A stretch of DNA of 64,000 nucleotides, taken from Amoebidium appalachense (taxonomy: Eukaryota > Protista > Ichthyosporea). This document shows positions 59,216 through 64,000 of this stretch, one piece after another (position 1 is the first letter of the stretch; each line of letters begins with the position of its first letter). The position numbers and the translations under genes were made by a program. The stretch covers positions 1,752,907 to 1,816,906 of the forward strand of contig CAVNZM010000001.1 in NCBI GenBank assembly GCA_963693365.1. The letters run 5' to 3'. A model generated the notes under the pieces. It made no database searches. It saw only the letters and a list, made by a program, of their open reading frames with translations, and had not been told where the DNA came from.

Positions 59216-61281
59216 TCAATCCACAATATCCGGTAAACAAAGTCGAGCACGATGGTGGACATGACTCGGGCCGGGGAGGGGTTTGGTGAGTATGTCAGCT
59301 AAGTTGTGGGCTGACTCAACGTAGTGGACAACCACGTCCCCACTGGCAATGTAGTCCTTGGTGTTGTGATACCGGACGGCAATGTGTTTGGTACGGTGCT
59401 TGATGCCGGTGGAGTTGACGATGGCAATGGTCGACTGGTTGTCACAGTACACCGGAGTCGGAGCAAGCATGGGACAGCCGAGTTCCTTGAAGAGGTCACG
59501 GACCCAAGCAACTTCTTGGGTGCCAGCATTGAGAGCAATCAGCTCAGCTTCAGTGGTGCTGGTGGCCGTGATGGGCTGGAGCTTGGAGTACCAGATGACG
59601 GGCATACCAGCAAACACGATAATGTAGCCGGTGGTAGACTTCTTGCTGTCGGCACAACCAGCAAAGTCAGCATCCGTGTAGCATTCGAGTATGGGGGACT
59701 GGGTGGCCGAGTACTTGTAGTCAATGCCAAGGTCAATGGTGCCGAGCAGGTACCGGGCCACACGACGGAGAAGGTCCCAGTGAGTCTTGCCGGGGTTGGT
59801 GCTGAACCGACCAAGGAAGCCGATGGCATAGGCAATGTCGGGACGTGTGCACCGTGCCACCCAGAGGAGACGGCCGAGTAACTCACGGTAGGGCACGGTG
59901 AACGGTTGGGGGGGGGCAATCAGCCAGGGAGACGGTGGTGCCTGCAGGGATGGGGGTAGACTTGGACTTGGCATCGGTGAGGTTGAAGTCGTGGATGATA
60001 TCCATGATGTAAGACCTCTGGTGCATGTGGAGGTGATGGGGATCAGAGTGATTAAAATCAACACCGAGCATACGGTCAAATGGACTCATACGACAGCTGG
60101 CCATCTTGCTGATGTGGGCAGCCAGGTCACTGGCAGCAGTAGAACCCCGGGTGTTGGTGATGGTGGAGTCATCGACGTAGTTACCAGCCCGTACCACATC
60201 GTTGTTGGGGAAGAACCGGAGGTAGATGCACGGGTCGGTCTTAGTGCGGGTCAGGCCATGGGCAAGAAGAATGCCGTCGAGGAAGTCGTACCAAGCCTTG
60301 GAGGCTTGCTTGAGGCCGTACAGGGCTTTCTTGAGTCTCCAGACCTTGCCAAGTGTGGCCATGGTGATGAATCCCGGGGGTTGTTTCATGTAGATGGTCT
60401 CGGTGAGTGGGCTGTTGAGAAAGGCCGTAGACACGTCGAGTTGATGTATGTCATGACCTTCAACAACGGCCAGAGCTAGGATGGCACGGAGAGCAGCCGG
60501 ACGGATGACAGGGCTCTCAATCAACTCATAGTCAACACCGTATTGCTGACTGAAGCCTTGAGCAACACCACGTGCCTTGATCTTGGTGTCACCAGCCGAG
60601 TTGAGAGTTTTCTCGGAGACAATCCACTTGAAGCCGACGATGTTAGCACCAGGGGGAGGGTCAACAAGTTCAAAGATGTCTTTGTCGACGAAGGCTTGAT
60701 ACTCAGCAGTCAGGGCTGACTTGACCTGATCACCATTGGGTCCGGAACAGAGTTGACGGACAAGTTTGGGTAGTTGGTCGATGTTGATGGGGGGACCGGG
60801 GGGGACTGGCAGGGTGGTGGTGGCTTGAAGTCCAACCTTGCCCTGGAGACGGGCAGAACGACGGGGTGCAGGAACCGGGGTAGGTGGAGACGGTGGGGGG
60901 GGAACTTGGAAGTTCGGAAGTGCAGGGGGGGGCAACCTCCGGGCTGGACGGGGCCGAGTGGAAGTTGTCGGGGGAGCCGGGTCGGATGGGTGTGACGTTG
61001 CCAGGGCCAGGATGAGGGTCGGCAGGCTGGACGGGCACGGGGGCAGGGGGGCCGGTGGGGGGGGTGTCGGGGGAACGACGATGGCAGGAGGGGGGCCAGA
61101 GTACACCAGACAAACATCATCTTCAGTGTCAACTGTGGGGGGTGGGGTGGTCGAGGTAGCAGTGGTGTCGGGGGTCGGAAGGGTTGATGGAATGTCGGAC
61201 GGGAGATAAGCTGATTCGTCGAAAATCACATCACGGAAGAGGCCGACACGATGGGTGGTGGCATTGAAGATCCGGTGGCAG
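59216..61281 (-). CDS. Copia Pol C-terminal fragment (RT + RNase H)
   Basis: Track ORFs 59883-61229 and 59216-60079 carry the same RT and RNase H sequence as the 41-47 kb copy. Confidence 0.9.
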
Positions 61282-64000
61282 TGTTGTAATACGTAGTATT
61301 TACATATGGTAAGATCTTCTCAGTTTGTGTTATGTTTCAGTTCATATGCTTAGTGTAAATGCCACACTCCTATTATGTAAAGTGTAGCATCGATCTCCGA
61401 TATGCTTGTATACTTGTAATCGTGTTGTATCGGCTTTAATCGTGTATTGTAATATCGATTAGAATATTTATATGTGTGTACACGGATCCACCCACTCAGG
61501 GAGAGACGTGTACATGTTCGTGTGTACATAAATATCTCTGGTTATAGTTATGCTATTACTATCTTGTTTGTTGATCTGTGCTCTCTTTTCCTTCCTCTTT
61601 CTCCTTCCTTATTTTCTTTTCTTTCTCTCCTTGTCTTCATGTGTATAATCGTATTTCTTTTCTACTAATATATGTTAGGTAGATTTGTGTTACTTAATAC
61701 GTGTTCATTGGACGGTAACACACTTAGGCTACACTTAGAATAGCATGTGTGTTTAGACTTCATTAATTCACTTTAGTTTTCATGTGTTGCCGGGCTTTAA
61801 CCAATCATCAAGGTTAAGTGTGATATGTCTGAGTCTTTGCAGTATGTCATAGGTTAGAACTTCCTTGATGATGACACGAGTTGATCCTAACTAGTGTCTG
61901 TGTCCTATCGTGTACGCCTCCGCGTACCGGATCTCTCTGAAAGCAATTGGTTCTTAGTGATTGGTTTCTATTAGAGATGGATCTGATTTCCGACTGGTCG
62001 GAAATCATGTATGGATTGGACTTAGAGGAATTTCAGGTATTTATTCGAAGATCAGAATAAATTCAGTTCAGTCGTGTCTAAACATTGATGTCTGTTGTGT
62101 ACACTGCTCCGATCGTTCCGTGTTTTGTTGTTGTGTGTGTCTGTGGTGTTTTCACACTGCACCACTGTGTCTCTGCTTACATCCCAAATACTTATAGAAA
62201 TTAACAGGTTATGCAGCCCTTTTGTACGCTCCCTACACACATCTAGAACTCGCGCTCGTTTTTCAATCATGGATCCAAACAAAACTGGCGTAAACAAAAT
62301 CACCATGTGGAAAGGTGAAGGGAAGACTGGTCCCGATAGCAAAACTACCTATTTTCAATGGGAAATCATTTTTCTCGGCATGATGACCGGCACTAAAGGT
62401 GTCCGACTCGTGGATGTTGTCCTTGCTGACAACTACGTCCCCCCTACCACCGTCGCGGTTGACGGTGAACCCCCCTTCTATGGCTACGGCACTACCGCGG
62501 AACTCAAAGAGGCCCGCAATTGCCTCCTGCTCCATATGATACAGAACATCGACCCTTCCGTCCTCACCACCGTTGCCCAGTACCGTATTGGCATGGACCC
62601 TGAACGGGCCATGTGGAAATTCCGTCAACACTATCTCCAAGGCAAACCCGATCAGATCCGCATCCTTCACCGTCAGTGGGATGCCTGTGCCCTTCAGCCC
62701 GGTGAATCATTCACCACCTACCTGAGCCGTCTGCAGACCATCGTGAACCAGCTCCAGTCTCTCCAAGATGAGTCCATTCACTTCACTCGTCTAGCTGAGA
62801 AGTTCTTCAATGAACTCACCACCAGAGACGACCTCACCCCTGAGTTCAATCGTCTTATCGAAGACTATCACTTCGGTGATAAGCTATTCCCCGACTTCGA
62901 GTCCCTCCATAACCACGTCAAGGGCATCGAGTTACGTCAAGACCTCAAGATGCAACTCCGGAACAACCGTGCCCACCGTGCCTCCAAGTCCAGCATGGCA
63001 TTAAATGCCAGTGCTCCCCCCCGTGATCTTCCTCGCCGTGACTTACGCACCCGACTTGACCGTATCTCTGGCACGGACCTCCGAACTCGTCTCTCCCGTC
63101 AGCACACCCGATCCCGTTCCCCCCACCGGCCTGACTTCCGGTCCACGTCTCGTTCCCCCAGTCGTTCCCGTTTCTCGGGTTCCCGTCGTTCTGATTCCCC
63201 GGCTCGTTCTAACACCCCGTCCGTGAAAGAATGCTCCTACTGCCACGAGCCTGATCACACGATCATCGATTGCCCTGAGCCGAAATGCCGTATGTCCAGA
63301 CACAACCGTTCCCGTCAAGGCAGTGAGAAATCTGTCTCCTTTGCTTTCTCGGCATACAATGCTAGCTCCGTCCCCGTGTCCTCCGACCCTGCCTGGGATT
63401 CCGGGTGCAACATGACTGTTTGCCCCACCCGTGAGTTCTTCCATGACCTCACTCCCCTTCCGACACCGACACCCGTTGCTGCCTTCAATGGCACCCCCGT
63501 CTTGGCCACTCACACCGGCCATATCGTCATCAACACCACCACCGACCATGGCACTACCACCCTAACCATTGAAGCCTACTACACCCCGTCTGGCCAAGCC
63601 TTCCTCATTTCAACATCCCAAGCTGCTGCCGAATACATCAAGGGTGATTTGAACGATGCCTCCACTCCGTCATTCCTCTTCGACCGACTCACCGGCCGTC
63701 ATCTCGTCAACCTCCGTCTACACAACGGTCTGTATTACTTCAAGGACTACACCATTCAACCACCCACTCGTCCTGTGGCTCTGGCTGCCACTACCAGTGT
63801 TAACCCATCCATCTGGCACCATCGTCTGGGGCACCGAGCTATGACCAGCATCAAGGACATGGTGAAACACGACCTTGTTATTGGTCTCCCCTCCTCTGTC
63901 CTCGACTGTGATGTTCCTGATTGTCATGGCTGCATTATGGGTAAGACCACCAAGGCTCCGTTCAGGGGTGACCGTCCTCACTCCAACATCCCCGGTCATG
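61282..64000 (+). mobile_element. Copia copy (LTR type B), running off the window end
   Basis: LTR 61282-62206, PBS at 62207, gag ATG at 62269. Confidence 0.95.
62269..64000 (+). CDS. Copia Gag-Pol, 5' part, open through Gag, PR and the integrase Zn finger
   Basis: Same protein as from 42169, with 7 C at 63016-63022 keeping gag and pol in one frame. Confidence 0.9.
   Translation, partial: MDPNKTGVNKITMWKGEGKTGPDSKTTYFQWEIIFLGMMTGTKGVRLVDVVLADNYVPPTTVAVDGEPPFYGYGTTAELKEARNCLLLHMIQNIDPSVLTTVAQYRIGMDPERAMWKFRQHYLQGKPDQIRILHRQWDACALQPGESFTTYLSRLQTIVNQLQSLQDESIHFTRLAEKFFNELTTRDDLTPEFNRLIEDYHFGDKLFPDFESLHNHVKGIELRQDLKMQLRNNRAHRASKSSMALNASAPPRDLPRRDLRTRLDRISGTDLRTRLSRQHTRSRSPHRPDFRSTSRSPSRSRFSGSRRSDSPARSNTPSVKECSYCHEPDHTIIDCPEPKCRMSRHNRSRQGSEKSVSFAFSAYNASSVPVSSDPAWDSGCNMTVCPTREFFHDLTPLPTPTPVAAFNGTPVLATHTGHIVINTTTDHGTTTLTIEAYYTPSGQAFLISTSQAAAEYIKGDLNDASTPSFLFDRLTGRHLVNLRLHNGLYYFKDYTIQPPTRPVALAATTSVNPSIWHHRLGHRAMTSIKDMVKHDLVIGLPSSVLDCDVPDCHGCIMGKTTKAPFRGDRPHSNIPGH

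Larger units (their letters stand above)
57866..61281 (-). mobile_element. 3' half of a copia copy (integrase tail, RT, RNase H, 3' LTR type B)
   Basis: Reverse complement of ~44512-46989 plus a 925-bp LTR at 58790-57866, PPT aagtgggga, host flank cccca at 57861-57865. Confidence 0.95.

Noticed and set aside
61474-61668. Hydrophobic 64-aa ORF in LTR-B (env-like?)
   Set aside because: It derives from a pyrimidine-rich tract, has no ATG start, and has no counterpart in the ORF track for LTR-A.

Overview
This is eukaryotic genomic DNA, probably an opisthokont and possibly a unicellular holozoan (inferred from gene content only). Its introns are packed with (CA/TG)n, (CT/AG)n and poly-C/G tracts, so most ORFs in the supplied track are microsatellite artefacts. 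Manual splicing recovers two long multi-exon genes. The first (+ strand, 6319-26626) encodes a C2 domain, two IPT/TIG domains and a C-terminal FIP Rab11-binding domain; the second IPT domain closely resembles the Sec5/EXOC2 Ral-binding domain, an architecture I do not recognise from characterised Rab11-FIPs. The second (- strand, 56743-39379) is a MARK/Par-1 kinase (kinase-UBA-KA1) with a Ty1/copia insertion inside a coding exon, an in-frame TGA and a homopolymer frameshift. There are also two single-finger C2H2 genes, one disrupted. A young copia family with a half-tRNA-iMet type PBS occurs as four copies or fragments: an LTR-int-LTR-PBS-gag insertion with an aberrant right end, and an inverted or nested pair upstream of MARK. 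These copies have near-identical internal and R/U5 sequence but two strongly diverged U3 types. Several MITE-like elements, minisatellites and intron-to-intron duplications are also present. All exon coordinates were read by eye and need transcript support.
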